Source of the DNA: Delftia acidovorans NBRC 14950
GTDB taxonomy: Bacteria; Pseudomonadota; Gammaproteobacteria; Burkholderiales; Burkholderiaceae_C
NCBI RefSeq assembly: GCF_001598795.1
Contig: NZ_BCZP01000004.1
Span: 210,001-242,000, forward strand
Reading direction: 5' to 3'
DNA length: 32,000 nucleotides
Position 1 is the stretch's first letter; each line of letters opens with the position of its first letter. Positions 14,390-23,172 of the stretch are shown one piece after another. A program made the position numbers and the translations under genes. The notes below the pieces were generated by a model, which saw only the letters and a program-made list of their open reading frames with translations, had not been told where the DNA came from and did not search any database.

Positions 14390-15325
14390 TCACTCGGGTG
14401 CATCGCCGCGCAAACGTTCGATCAGCCCGTTGAGCGCATCGAGCGAGCCGAACTGGATCGCCACTTCGCCCATTTCCTGCAGCTTGCCGCCCCGGCGCAC
14501 GGACTTCTTGATGCGCACTTCGACATCGGCCATGAGCAGGTCGGACAGCTCTTCTTCCACGCGCTTGATGTCGCGCGACTTGCCGTCCTTCTTGGACTTC
14601 TGGCGCACCAGGCTGAAGTCGGCGCCGATCTTCTTGACCAGGGCCTCGGCCTCGCGCACCGACAGCTTCTTGGCCGCGATCTGGTTGCCGGCCGTGATCT
14701 GGGCCGCGCGGTCCAGCGACAGCAGGGCACGCGCATGGCCCATGTCGATGTCGCCGGCCATGAGCATGGTCTGCACCGGGTCGGCCAGGTTGAGCAGGCG
14801 CAGGATGTTGGTGGCCGCGCTGCGCGAGCGCCCCACGGCCTGGGCCGCCTGCTCGTGCGTGAGGCCGAACTCCTTGACCAGGCGCGACAGGCCCTGGGCC
14901 TCTTCCAGCGGGTTGAGGTCCTCGCGCTGGATGTTCTCGATCAGCGCCATCGCGGCGGCGGCCTCGTCGGGCACCTCGCGCACCAGCACCGGCACCTCGG
15001 CCAGGCCGGCGATGCGGGCCGCACGGAAGCGCCGCTCGCCCGCGATGATTTCGTACTTGCCGGCGTGGTCGCCCTTGGCCAGGCGGCGCACCAGGATGGG
15101 CTGCATGATGCCCTGGGCCTTGATGCTTTCGGCCAGCTCGTAGAGCGCGCCCTCGTCCATGTGGGTGCGCGGCTGGTACTGGCCGGGCACCATGACGTCG
15201 AGCTGCAGGATGCTGGGCAGGCCGGTCTCGGCCACCGGGCCGCCGCCCTCTTCCTTGTCGTGGACCTTGGGTCCGAGCAGGGCTTCCAGCCCGCGTCCCA
15301 GTCCCTTGGGTTTCTTGGTCACCAT
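14390..15325 (-). CDS. parB: Chromosome partitioning protein ParB
   Basis: ATG at 15325 (MVTKKPKGLGRGLEALLG). ParB box IIAGERRFRAARIAGL. HTH region LTHEQAAQAVGRSRSAATNILRLL. The Arg/Ala-rich N-terminal extension in the track ORF was rejected. Confidence 0.9.
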   Translation of the reverse strand: MVTKKPKGLGRGLEALLGPKVHDKEEGGGPVAETGLPSILQLDVMVPGQYQPRTHMDEGALYELAESIKAQGIMQPILVRRLAKGDHAGKYEIIAGERRFRAARIAGLAEVPVLVREVPDEAAAAMALIENIQREDLNPLEEAQGLSRLVKEFGLTHEQAAQAVGRSRSAATNILRLLNLADPVQTMLMAGDIDMGHARALLSLDRAAQITAGNQIAAKKLSVREAEALVKKIGADFSLVRQKSKKDGKSRDIKRVEEELSDLLMADVEVRIKKSVRRGGKLQEMGEVAIQFGSLDALNGLIERLRGDAPE

Positions 15326-15338
15326 GGTGTTGTCCTTG

Positions 15339-15905
15339 TCAAAGCGATGCCAGCAGCGCGTGTCCGCTGTCCCAGTCGCCCAGCCCGCTGGCCGTGTTGA
15401 GATGGCCCGAAGGCCCTGCGTCGACGAAGCGTGCGCCCCAGGCATCGGCCATGGCTTGCACGCGCTGGGCGCTGCAGTAAATGTCGTTGTCGCTGCCGAC
15501 CACGATGGAGGCAAACGGCAGGCGCTGCATCATCACGGGCGACCAGCCGGGCAGTTGCTCGCGCAGCTGGGGCTGCTCGGTATCGCCGGGGGCCACCAGC
15601 AGCGCGCCGCGCACCTTGCGGGCGGCCAGCGGAGAATGCGCCGCCCACCAGGCCACAAGGATGCAGCCCAGGCTGTGCGCCACCAGCACCACGGGGCGCG
15701 GCGCGTCGAGCACCGTCTCCTGCAGCCTGGCGCTCCAGTCGCCGCGCAGCGGGCGGTCCCAGTCGTTTTGCTCCAGGCGGCGGTAGCCGTGGCGCTGCTC
15801 CCAGCGGCTTTGCCAGTGGTCGGCGTCCGAGTTCTGCCAGCCGGGCAGCAGCCAGATGTCCTCGGCAGCAACGCCCTGCCCCGGCGTTTCATGTGGCACC
15901 TGCAT
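15339..15905 (-). CDS. YdeN/RBBP9-family alpha/beta serine hydrolase (Ser_hydrolase, formerly DUF1234) inserted between parA and parB
   Basis: ATG at 15905 (MQVPHETPG...). Nucleophile elbow VLVAHSLGC. The LLPGWQNSDADHW N-terminal strand, a GSDNDIY acid motif and a GPSGHLN histidine motif match the YdeN-type triad order. Only 5 nt separate the parA stop from this start, and 13 nt separate its stop from the parB start. The 309-aa track ORF is an artificial extension overlapping parA. Confidence 0.8.
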   Translation of the reverse strand: MQVPHETPGQGVAAEDIWLLPGWQNSDADHWQSRWEQRHGYRRLEQNDWDRPLRGDWSARLQETVLDAPRPVVLVAHSLGCILVAWWAAHSPLAARKVRGALLVAPGDTEQPQLREQLPGWSPVMMQRLPFASIVVGSDNDIYCSAQRVQAMADAWGARFVDAGPSGHLNTASGLGDWDSGHALLASL

Positions 15906-15910
15906 GGCTC

Positions 15911-16681
15911 TCACATCTTCTTGATGCGGCGCACCATCTCGTGCGCGAAATCGATGAAGGCCTTGCTGCCCTTGGCGCCCGGGTCGAAGACCACGCCCGG
16001 CACGCCATAGCTGGGCGCCTCGGCCAGGCGCACGTTGCGCGGGATGACGGTGTCGAACACCTTGTCGCCGAAGTGCTCCTTGAGCTGGTCGCTGACCTGC
16101 TGCTGCAGCGTGGTGCGCGGATCGAACATCACGCGCAGCAGGCCGATGATCTGCAGGTCGGGGTTCATGTTGGCATGCACCTGCTTGATGGTGTTGACCA
16201 GGTCGGTCAGGCCTTCGAGCGCGAAGTACTCGCACTGCATGGGCACGACCACGCCATGGGCCGCGCACAGGCCGTTCAAGGTGAGCATGGACAGGCTGGG
16301 CGGGCAGTCCACCAGCACGAAGTCGTAGTCGGCATCGACCGCCTTGAGGGCGCCCTTCAGGCGATCGTTGCGGCGCTCCAGGGTGACCAGCTCGATCTCG
16401 GCGCCGCTGAGTTCGCGGTTGGCGCCCAGCACGTCGTAGCCCACGGCATCGGAACGCACGGCGGCTTCCTTGACGCTGGCGTTCTCCAGCAGCACGTCAT
16501 AGACCGACAGCTCCAGCGCACGCTTGTCCACGCCCGAGCCCATGGTGGCATTGCCCTGCGGGTCCAGGTCGATCATCAGCACGCGCTGGCCGACCTTGGC
16601 CAGGCCCGCTGCAAGGTTGACGGCGGTGGTGGTCTTGCCGACCCCGCCCTTTTGATTGGCGACACAGAAGATTTTGGCCAT
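15911..16681 (-). CDS. parA: Chromosome partitioning ATPase ParA (Soj)
   Basis: ATG at 16681 gives MAKIFCVANQKGGVGKTTTAVNLA (deviant Walker A), followed by IDLDPQGNAT and VLVDCPPSL. Confidence 0.9.
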   Translation of the reverse strand: MAKIFCVANQKGGVGKTTTAVNLAAGLAKVGQRVLMIDLDPQGNATMGSGVDKRALELSVYDVLLENASVKEAAVRSDAVGYDVLGANRELSGAEIELVTLERRNDRLKGALKAVDADYDFVLVDCPPSLSMLTLNGLCAAHGVVVPMQCEYFALEGLTDLVNTIKQVHANMNPDLQIIGLLRVMFDPRTTLQQQVSDQLKEHFGDKVFDTVIPRNVRLAEAPSYGVPGVVFDPGAKGSKAFIDFAHEMVRRIKKM

Positions 16682-16694
16682 GGTATTTACACGC

Positions 16695-17309
16695 TTATTT
16701 GGCGATGGCCAGCTTGAGGCCAAAACCGATCAGGAACACGCCCGCAGTCTTTTCGAGAACCCGGGAAACCGCAGGATTGGCGCGCATGCGCTCGGCCAGA
16801 TGCGCGGTCAGCAGCACCACGATCAGGCAATAGAGAAAGGTCAGCGCGGCCACCGTGGCCGCCATCACCGCGAACGTGAGCAGGCCCTGGTGGCTTGCGG
16901 GATCCACGAACAGCGGGAAGAAGGCCATGTAGAACACGATGGACTTGGGGTTCATCAGGGTGATCAGGCCGGCCTGGCGAAAGTAGTGGCGCGGCTCGAT
17001 GTGCAGCACGGGCTTGTCGCCGGGCTTGGCAGTGAGCATCCTGAAACCCAGCCAGCCCAGGTAGGCGGCGCCCAGCCACTGCACGGCATGGAAGGCCGTG
17101 GGATAGGAGGCCAGCAGCGCGGCCACGCCCGCCACGGCCATCCAGATCAGCACCTGGTCGGCCGCCAGCACGCCGGCACAGGCCGCCATTCCGGCACGTA
17201 TGCCGCCCTTGCCGGTGGAGGTGATCAGCGCCAGATTGCCCGGCCCCGGAATCAGCAAAAACAGAAGAATGGCAACAACGAATGCGCTGAAATCGGAGAT
17301 GCCGAACAT
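16695..17309 (-). CDS. LysE/RhtB-family amino-acid exporter
   Basis: 204 aa with about 6 TM helices. The N-terminal motif FVVAILLFLLIPGPGNLALI is typical of the LysE/RhtB family. ATG at 17309. The stop lies 13 nt before the parA start. Confidence 0.85.
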   Translation of the reverse strand: MFGISDFSAFVVAILLFLLIPGPGNLALITSTGKGGIRAGMAACAGVLAADQVLIWMAVAGVAALLASYPTAFHAVQWLGAAYLGWLGFRMLTAKPGDKPVLHIEPRHYFRQAGLITLMNPKSIVFYMAFFPLFVDPASHQGLLTFAVMAATVAALTFLYCLIVVLLTAHLAERMRANPAVSRVLEKTAGVFLIGFGLKLAIAK

Positions 17310-17415
17310 GCTGACCCCTGAGCGATGAAAGCTGGGAGTTTATGCGAGGGCCATGGCCAGCGCATGTGGAACATGGCCCCGCCGCAACGCGGCAGTGTGC
17401 CATTCGGTAAAAAAA

Positions 17416-18075
17416 TCAGGCGCAAACGCGCAGCCAGAGGATGCAGCGCTCGGCATCCAGGCCCGGCACCTTCAATGGTTCCACGTGAAACACTTGCACG
17501 TCGGTGGGCAGCGCGGCGATTTCATCGTCGGGGTGCTTGCCCTTCATGGCCAGCCAGGTGCCGCCCTCCTCCAGCGCCTGGCGCGACCAGCTGGTGAAGT
17601 CCGCCAGCGAGGCAAACGCACGGCAGCTGATCAGCGGATAGCGCGTGGTCAGCTGCTCCACGCGGCTGTGGATGCCGCGCAGGTTGGGCAGGCGCAGCGT
17701 GGCCGCCGCCTGCTGGATGAAGGCGGCCTTCTTGCCCACCGTGTCCACGCAGTGCACGTCGATCTGCGGGCAGCAGATGGCAAAGACCACGCCGGGCAGG
17801 CCGCCGCCCGAGCCCACGTCCAGCATGGCGGTACGGCCTTCGCGCGCAGGCATCTGTGCCAGATGGCGCTGCAGCGCCGGCACGGCAGCCAGGCTGTCGA
17901 GCAGGTGATGGGTCAGCATCTCCTGCGGATCACGCACGGCCGTGAGGTTGTAGACCTTGTTCCATCTGCCCAGCAGGGCCTGGAATTCCATCAGCGTATC
18001 GATCTGGGCGGGGGTGAGGTCCAGCCCCAGCGCCTGCAGGCCGGCTTCGAGCGGAGCGCGCAGTTCCTGGCTCAT
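17416..18075 (-). CDS. rsmG: 16S rRNA (guanine527-N7)-methyltransferase RsmG (GidB)
   Basis: [25 protein letters not shown] and the SAM motif [11 protein letters not shown]. The start overlaps the mnmG stop (ATGA at 18072-18075). Confidence 0.9.
   Translation of the reverse strand: MSQELRAPLEAGLQALGLDLTPAQIDTLMEFQALLGRWNKVYNLTAVRDPQEMLTHHLLDSLAAVPALQRHLAQMPAREGRTAMLDVGSGGGLPGVVFAICCPQIDVHCVDTVGKKAAFIQQAAATLRLPNLRGIHSRVEQLTTRYPLISCRAFASLADFTSWSRQALEEGGTWLAMKGKHPDDEIAALPTDVQVFHVEPLKVPGLDAERCILWLRVCA
17477..17492. other. parS: parS site (15/16) inside rsmG
   Basis: GGTTCCACGTGAAACA compared with the consensus TGTTCCACGTGAAACA. Confidence 0.7.
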
Positions 18076-20051
18076 GCGGATGCCTCCTCGCCCTTCGCGT
18101 CAGTCGCATCCGGTGCAAAGCCCCGAAAGCCCCCCTTCTTCAGGTGCACCATCAGCAGCGAGATCGCCGCCGGCGTCACGCCCGACATGCGCGATGCCTG
18201 GCCCAGCGTCTCGGGCCTGTGCTTTTGCAGCGACTGGCGCACCTCGAAGGACAGGGCCGGCACCTGCATGTAGTCCAGCTCGGCCGGCAGGCGCAGGTTC
18301 TCGAAGTGGGCGGCGCGCTGCACCTCGTCCTTCTGGCGGTCGATGTAGCCCGCGTACTTGGCCGCGATTTCCACCTGCTCGACCACGGAGCCGCTGAGAT
18401 CGCCCAGCACCTCGGGCTGGACATCGGCCGAGGCATAGCGGCCCTCGTTCAGGCTCATCAGCTTGCCGTAGCCCACGTCGGGCCGGCGCAGCAGGTCGAA
18501 CAGGTTGTACTCGCGCTCGATGGACTTGCCCAGCACCCGCTCCGATTCCTCGGGCGTGACGATGCGCGGATTGACCCAGGTGGACTTCAGGCGCTCTGTT
18601 TCACGTGAAACAGCATCGCGCTTACGGCTGAAGGCATCCCAGCGCGCATCGTCCACCAGGCCCATGGCGCGGCCCGCTTCGGTCAGGCGCATGTCGGCGT
18701 TGTCCTCGCGCAGCTGCAGCCGGAACTCGGCGCGGCTGGTGAACATGCGGTACGGCTCGGTCACGCCCTTGGTGATCAGGTCATCGACCAGCACGCCCAG
18801 ATAGGCCTCGTCGCGGCGCGGCAGCCAGGCTTCCTGGCCACGGCACTGCAGCGCGGCGTTGAGGCCGGCGAACAGGCCCTGGGCCGCCGCTTCCTCGTAG
18901 CCGGTCGTGCCGTTGATCTGGCCCGCGAAGAACAGGCCCTGGATCTGGCGCGTCTCGAAGCTGCTCTTGAGCGAGCGCGGATCGAAGTAGTCGTACTCGA
19001 TGGCGTAGCCGGGGCGCAGGATGTGCGCGTTCTCCAGCCCCTTCATGCTGCGCACCAGTTCGTACTGGATGTCGAAGGGCAGGCTGGTGGAGATGCCGTT
19101 GGGATAGAACTCGTTGGTGGTCAGGCCTTCGGGCTCCAGGAAGATCTGGTGGCTTTCCTTGTCGGCAAAGCGGTTGATCTTGTCCTCGACGCTGGGGCAA
19201 TAGCGCGGGCCCACGCCCTCGATCTTGCCCGTGAACATGGGGCTGCGGTCAAATCCGCTGCGGATGATGTCGTGCGTGCGCTCGTTGGTGTGGGTGATCC
19301 AGCAAGGCATCTGGCGCGGGTGCATGGCCGCATTGCCGATGAAGCTGAACACGGGCAGCACGCCTTCGTTGACACCACCGGGCATGCCGTCGCCGGGCTG
19401 CTCCTCGCACTGCGAGAAATCGATGCTGCGGCCATCCAGGCGCGGCGGCGTGCCGGTCTTCAGGCGGCCCTGGGGCAGTTGCAGCTCCTTGAGCCGCGAC
19501 GACAGGCTGACGGCCGGCGGGTCGCCCGCGCGGCCTGCCGCGTAGTTGTTCAGGCCCACGTGGATCTTGCCGTCCAGGAAGGTGCCCGCCGTGAGCACCA
19601 CGGTGCGGCTGCGAAAGCGCACGCCGACCTGGGTGACGGCGCCCACCACGCGGTCGCCCTCGACCATGAGGTCATCCACCGCCTGCTGGAACAGCCACAG
19701 GTTGGGCTGGTTCTCCAGCATGTCGCGGATGGCGGCCTTGTAGAGAATGCGGTCGGCCTGGGCGCGCGTGGCACGCACGGCCGGGCCCTTGGAGCTGTTG
19801 AGGATGCGGAACTGTATGCCGCCGATATCGGTGGCCAGCGCCATGGCGCCGCCCAGCGCATCCACTTCCTTGACCAGATGGCCCTTGCCGATCCCGCCGA
19901 TGCTGGGATTGCAGCTCATCTGGCCCAGGGTCTCGATGTTGTGGCTCAGCAGCAGCGTCCTGCAGCCCATGCGCGCAGCGGCCAGCGCGGCCTCGGTGCC
20001 GGCGTGGCCGCCACCGACCACGATCACATCAAATTCCTGTGGGTACAACAT
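18072..20051 (-). CDS. mnmG: tRNA uridine-5-carboxymethylaminomethyl modification enzyme MnmG (GidA)
   Basis: ATG at 20051 gives [29 protein letters not shown] (FAD fold), and the protein reads as conserved GidA sequence along its full length. Confidence 0.95.
   Translation of the reverse strand: MLYPQEFDVIVVGGGHAGTEAALAAARMGCRTLLLSHNIETLGQMSCNPSIGGIGKGHLVKEVDALGGAMALATDIGGIQFRILNSSKGPAVRATRAQADRILYKAAIRDMLENQPNLWLFQQAVDDLMVEGDRVVGAVTQVGVRFRSRTVVLTAGTFLDGKIHVGLNNYAAGRAGDPPAVSLSSRLKELQLPQGRLKTGTPPRLDGRSIDFSQCEEQPGDGMPGGVNEGVLPVFSFIGNAAMHPRQMPCWITHTNERTHDIIRSGFDRSPMFTGKIEGVGPRYCPSVEDKINRFADKESHQIFLEPEGLTTNEFYPNGISTSLPFDIQYELVRSMKGLENAHILRPGYAIEYDYFDPRSLKSSFETRQIQGLFFAGQINGTTGYEEAAAQGLFAGLNAALQCRGQEAWLPRRDEAYLGVLVDDLITKGVTEPYRMFTSRAEFRLQLREDNADMRLTEAGRAMGLVDDARWDAFSRKRDAVSRETERLKSTWVNPRIVTPEESERVLGKSIEREYNLFDLLRRPDVGYGKLMSLNEGRYASADVQPEVLGDLSGSVVEQVEIAAKYAGYIDRQKDEVQRAAHFENLRLPAELDYMQVPALSFEVRQSLQKHRPETLGQASRMSGVTPAAISLLMVHLKKGGFRGFAPDATDAKGEEASA
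18597..18612. other. parS: parS site (perfect 16-bp palindrome) inside mnmG
   Basis: TGTTTCACGTGAAACA read directly. It is a perfect palindrome and matches TGTTNCACGTGNAACA. Confidence 0.8.
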
Positions 20052-20243
20052 GCTTATCACTCCGGGGGCCTGCCCGGCCCAAGCCCCCGACACGGAGCAC
20101 TCACGCTCCGGCGCTCATGGCAGGTGGCCCTCGTTCATGTAGCGAGGGGAACCCAGCGGGGAACCCGCGATTTTCCCACCTTTGCCGCACCAGTGCCTTG
20201 CAAGGGGTCGGCCGGCCCCGCCACCGGGCCGGCACTGCGCCGG

Positions 20244-20259
20244 TGTTCCACGTGAAACA
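20244..20259. other. parS: parS site (16/16 to the classical consensus) in the mnmG / FMN-reductase divergent intergenic region
   Basis: TGTTCCACGTGAAACA read directly. It is identical to the parS consensus I recall from Bacillus subtilis. Confidence 0.8.
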
Positions 20260-20353
20260 GTGCGGCGGACCAGCGTGTACACCGCAGGATGCTGCGCGCC
20301 GCCACCCGCAGGGCGGCCCGCTTGCAAGAAACATGTGCAGGGCCTGTGATGCA

Positions 20354-20941
20354 ATGGCGGCCATGCAGATCCTCATCTTCGCGGGCAGTACCCGCCAACA
20401 ATCGCACAACCGGCGCCTGGCCGCCGCCGCCGCCGACATGGCGCGCGAACTGGGCGCCCAGCCCACGCTGCTGGAGCTGTCGGATTTCGACATCCCCATG
20501 TACAACGCCGACCTGGAGGCCAGCGGCACGCCGCCCGACGTGCTGCGCTTCAAGGCCGCGCTGCACAGCCACCCGGCCTGGCTGATCTGCTCGCCCGAGT
20601 ACAACGGCAGCTACCCTGCCCTGCTCAAGAACGCCATCGACTGGGCTTCCAGCCCCGTGGCCGGTGATCCGGTCTGGTCCGATGGCACCCTGCCCTTTCG
20701 CGGCAAGGTCGTGGGCATGGCCAGCGCCTCGCCCGGCGGCCTGGGGGGCCTGCGCGCCCAGTCGCACCTGGCGCCGCTGCTGCTGAACCTGCAGTGCTGG
20801 CTGGCACCCGTGAGCCACGCCGTGGGCCAGGCAGGCCAGGCATTCGACGACGCCGGCCGCCTGCAGCGCCCCCAGGACCAGCAGGGCATGAAGGCCGTGC
20901 TGGAACAGGTGCTCTGGGCTGCACAGCGCCTGTCGGCCTGA
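20354..20941 (+). CDS. NADPH-dependent FMN reductase family protein
   Basis: MAAMQILIFAGSTRQQSHNRRLA... and ICSPEYNGSYPALLKNAIDWAS are hallmark motifs of the NADPH-dependent FMN reductase fold. Alternative in-frame ATGs at 20333 and 20363. Confidence 0.8.
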   Translation: MAAMQILIFAGSTRQQSHNRRLAAAAADMARELGAQPTLLELSDFDIPMYNADLEASGTPPDVLRFKAALHSHPAWLICSPEYNGSYPALLKNAIDWASSPVAGDPVWSDGTLPFRGKVVGMASASPGGLGGLRAQSHLAPLLLNLQCWLAPVSHAVGQAGQAFDDAGRLQRPQDQQGMKAVLEQVLWAAQRLSA

Positions 20942-21036
20942 ACCCTGCCGCCAGCGCGGTCCCATCATGCGCAGCCCCTGCACATGGGGTTAGCATGGGC
21001 GCTTGTCTTTCTTACCCTGATCGGAAGCCATCCACC

Positions 21037-21645
21037 ATGAAGCTCTACTACAGCCCTGGCGCCTGCTCTCTGTCTCCCCACATCGTCCTGCACGAGGCAG
21101 GCCTGGCCTACGAGCCGGTCCTGGCCAGCACCAAGACGCACAAGCTGCAGGACGGCACGGACTACTACGGCATCAACCCGCTGGGCTATGTTCCCTTCCT
21201 CGTGCTCGACGACGGCGACACGCTGCATGAAGGCCCGGCCATCGTCCAGTACCTGGCCGATCTGGTCCCCGAGAAGAAGCTGGCGCCTGCCAACGGCACC
21301 ATGGCCCGCTACCACCTTCAGGAGTGGCTGAACTTCATCGGCACCGAGCTGCACAAGGGCTTCGGTCCCCTGTTCAACCCCGCCACGCCCGACGACTACA
21401 AGCCCGTGGTGCGCCAGCGCGTGCTGGACCGCCTCAAGTGGGTGGACGGCGAGCTCAATGGCCGCGACTACCTGATGGGCGAGCAGTTCACCGTGGCCGA
21501 CGCCTACCTGTTCACCGTGACGGGCTGGGCCCAGTTCGTGGGCGTGGACATCTCCGAGCTGACCAACCTCCTGGCCTACCGCGAGCGCGTGCTGGCCCGC
21601 CCTGCCGTGCAGGCCGCGATGAAGGCCGAAGGCCTGCTCAAGTAA
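21037..21645 (+). CDS. Glutathione S-transferase (beta class, GstA-like)
   Basis: MKLYYSPGACSLSPHIVLHEAGLAYE..., INPLGYVPFLVLDDG and FTVADAYLFTV are typical of bacterial beta-class GSTs. 202 aa. Confidence 0.85.
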   Translation: MKLYYSPGACSLSPHIVLHEAGLAYEPVLASTKTHKLQDGTDYYGINPLGYVPFLVLDDGDTLHEGPAIVQYLADLVPEKKLAPANGTMARYHLQEWLNFIGTELHKGFGPLFNPATPDDYKPVVRQRVLDRLKWVDGELNGRDYLMGEQFTVADAYLFTVTGWAQFVGVDISELTNLLAYRERVLARPAVQAAMKAEGLLK

Positions 21646-21677
21646 GCAGCGCCGCGCTGCTGCGCTCAAGGCCTGAC

Positions 21678-21716
21678 GGGGCCGGCTGGTGTGGAACCGG
21701 CCGGCCCCTTGTCTTT
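21678..21716 (+). terminator. Rho-independent terminator after the GST gene
   Basis: Stem GGGGCCGGC (21678-21686) / GCCGGCCCC (21700-21708) with a 13-nt loop, followed by TTGTCTTTGG. Confidence 0.6.
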
Positions 21717-21759
21717 GGTGCCTGTGGCTCAGGGCTTGGGCGGCGCAGGCCTGGCGCGT

Positions 21760-21802
21760 GCGGATGCGCGGCTGCACCTCGGCGGGTGCAGCGCGCATCC
21801 GC
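21760..21802. repeat. Long near-perfect inverted repeat upstream of the OYE reductase gene
   Basis: GCGGATGCGCGGCTGCACC (21760-21778), loop TCGGCG, GGTGCAGCGCGCATCCGC (21785-21802). One bulged nucleotide and no T-run, so it does not look like an intrinsic terminator. Confidence 0.5.
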
Positions 21803-21948
21803 CGGGCCATGTGGCATGCGGGCGTCGCCTGCACGACAGCGCGCAAATCCCTGGCCTGCACGATTGATTCCATGGGCGTAATCTGTGCCGTACGCCGCGC
21901 CGCCCGCACGGGTGGCGCTTTTGCTTCACGCACAGAAAGCCCCGTTGC

Positions 21949-23067
21949 ATGACCTCTCTGTTCGAACCCATACAGGCCGGCGAGCTGCGCCTGCCCAACC
22001 GCATCGCCATGGCGCCCCTGACGCGCAACCGCGCACCCCAGGCCCTGCCCAACGACATCATGGTCACCTACTACGCCCAGCGCGCCAGCGCCGGCCTGCT
22101 GATCAGCGAAGGCACGGCCATCAGCCACCAGGGCCAGGGTTATGCCCATGTGCCGGGCCTGTACGGCAGCGAGCAGCTCGACGGCTGGAAGCGCGTGACC
22201 GACGCCGTGCACAAGGCGGGCGGGCGCATCGTCACCCAGCTGTGGCATGTGGGCCGGGTCTCGCACACCTCGCTGCAGCCCGAAAGCCAGGCGCCCGTGG
22301 GGCCGTCCCCGGTAGCGGCCAAATCCAAGACCTATGTGATCGACGAGGACTCGGGCAAGGGCCAGTTCGTGCCCACCTCCGCGCCGCGCGCGCTCGCCCA
22401 GCACGAGCTTCCCGCCATCGTCCACAGCTTCGCCGTGGCCGCGCGCAATGCCGTGGAGACGGCCGGCTTCGACGGCGTGGAGCTGCACGGCGCCAACGGC
22501 TATCTGCTGGACCAGTTCCTCAAGACCGGCGCCAACCAGCGCGATGACGACTACGGCGGCAGCATCGAGAACCGCGCCCGCCTGCTGCTCGAATGCACGC
22601 GCGCCGCCGCCGATGCCGTGGGCGGCGGCCGCGTGGGCATCCGCCTGTCGCCCGTGACGCCGGCCAACGACATCGCCGATGCCGACCCCCAGCCGCTGTT
22701 CGAATACGTGGTGCGCCAGCTGGCGCCGCTGGGCCTGGCCTACATCCACATCATCGAAGGCTCCACCGGCGGCCCGCGTGAATTGCCCGACCGGCCCTTC
22801 GACTACGCGGCGCTCAAATCCGCCTACCGCGAGGCCGGCGGCCAGGGCGCCTGGATGGTCAACAACGGCTATGACCGCGACATGGCGCTGCGCGCCGTGG
22901 AAAGCGACCACGCCGATATCGTGGCCTTCGGCAAGGCCTTCATCTCCAACCCCGACCTGGTCCACCGCCTGCGCGACGACCTGCCGCTGAACCCCTGGAA
23001 CTCCAGCCTGTTCTACGGCGGCGGCGCAGAGGGCTATACCGACTACCCGTTCGCGCGCCAGGCCTGA
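21949..23067 (+). CDS. Old Yellow Enzyme family alkene reductase / NADH:flavin oxidoreductase (NemA-like)
   Basis: LPNRIAMAPLTRNRA, QLWHVGR and VELHGANGYLLDQFL are hallmark OYE motifs. 372 aa. Confidence 0.85.
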   Translation: MTSLFEPIQAGELRLPNRIAMAPLTRNRAPQALPNDIMVTYYAQRASAGLLISEGTAISHQGQGYAHVPGLYGSEQLDGWKRVTDAVHKAGGRIVTQLWHVGRVSHTSLQPESQAPVGPSPVAAKSKTYVIDEDSGKGQFVPTSAPRALAQHELPAIVHSFAVAARNAVETAGFDGVELHGANGYLLDQFLKTGANQRDDDYGGSIENRARLLLECTRAAADAVGGGRVGIRLSPVTPANDIADADPQPLFEYVVRQLAPLGLAYIHIIEGSTGGPRELPDRPFDYAALKSAYREAGGQGAWMVNNGYDRDMALRAVESDHADIVAFGKAFISNPDLVHRLRDDLPLNPWNSSLFYGGGAEGYTDYPFARQA

Positions 23068-23085
23068 TTTGCGGCGCTGCAAAGC

Positions 23086-23119
23086 AAAAAGCCCGCAGGC
23101 ATGGCCTGCGGGCTTTTTT
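23086..23119. terminator. Bidirectional rho-independent terminator between the convergent OYE and chemoreceptor genes
   Basis: AAAAA-GCCCGCAGGC-ATG-GCCTGCGGGC-TTTTTT. The GC-rich 10-bp stem is flanked by an A-run on one side and a T-run on the other. Confidence 0.8.
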
Positions 23120-23135
23120 CGTTCGGGCGATTCAC

Positions 23136-23151
23136 AGGGTCACGTGAAACA
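23136..23151. other. Degenerate parS-like site (13/16; right half perfect)
   Basis: AGGGTCACGTGAAACA. It shares the 11-mer CACGTGAAACA with the three sites at 17477, 18597 and 20244, but the left half is poor. Confidence 0.3.
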
Positions 23152-23172
23152 GGGCCGCCGACCCCTGCCTTC

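Noticed and set aside
17341-17415. Hairpin GGGCCATG-N16-CATGGCCC between rsmG and the LysE gene as an rsmG terminator.
   Set aside because: No T-run follows on the minus strand. On that strand the run of T lies between the rsmG stop and the stem, so it precedes the hairpin rather than following it. This is the wrong geometry for an intrinsic terminator.
20094-20353. Possible oriC in the divergent mnmG / FMN-reductase intergenic region (strand switch, perfect parS, gidA neighbourhood).
   Set aside because: The region is GC-rich throughout with no AT-rich unwinding element. I could not find clustered DnaA boxes: the TTATCACTC at 20053-20061 matches TTATCCACA only in its first five bases, and no second site is present. 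It is best explained as a promoter region plus a parS site.
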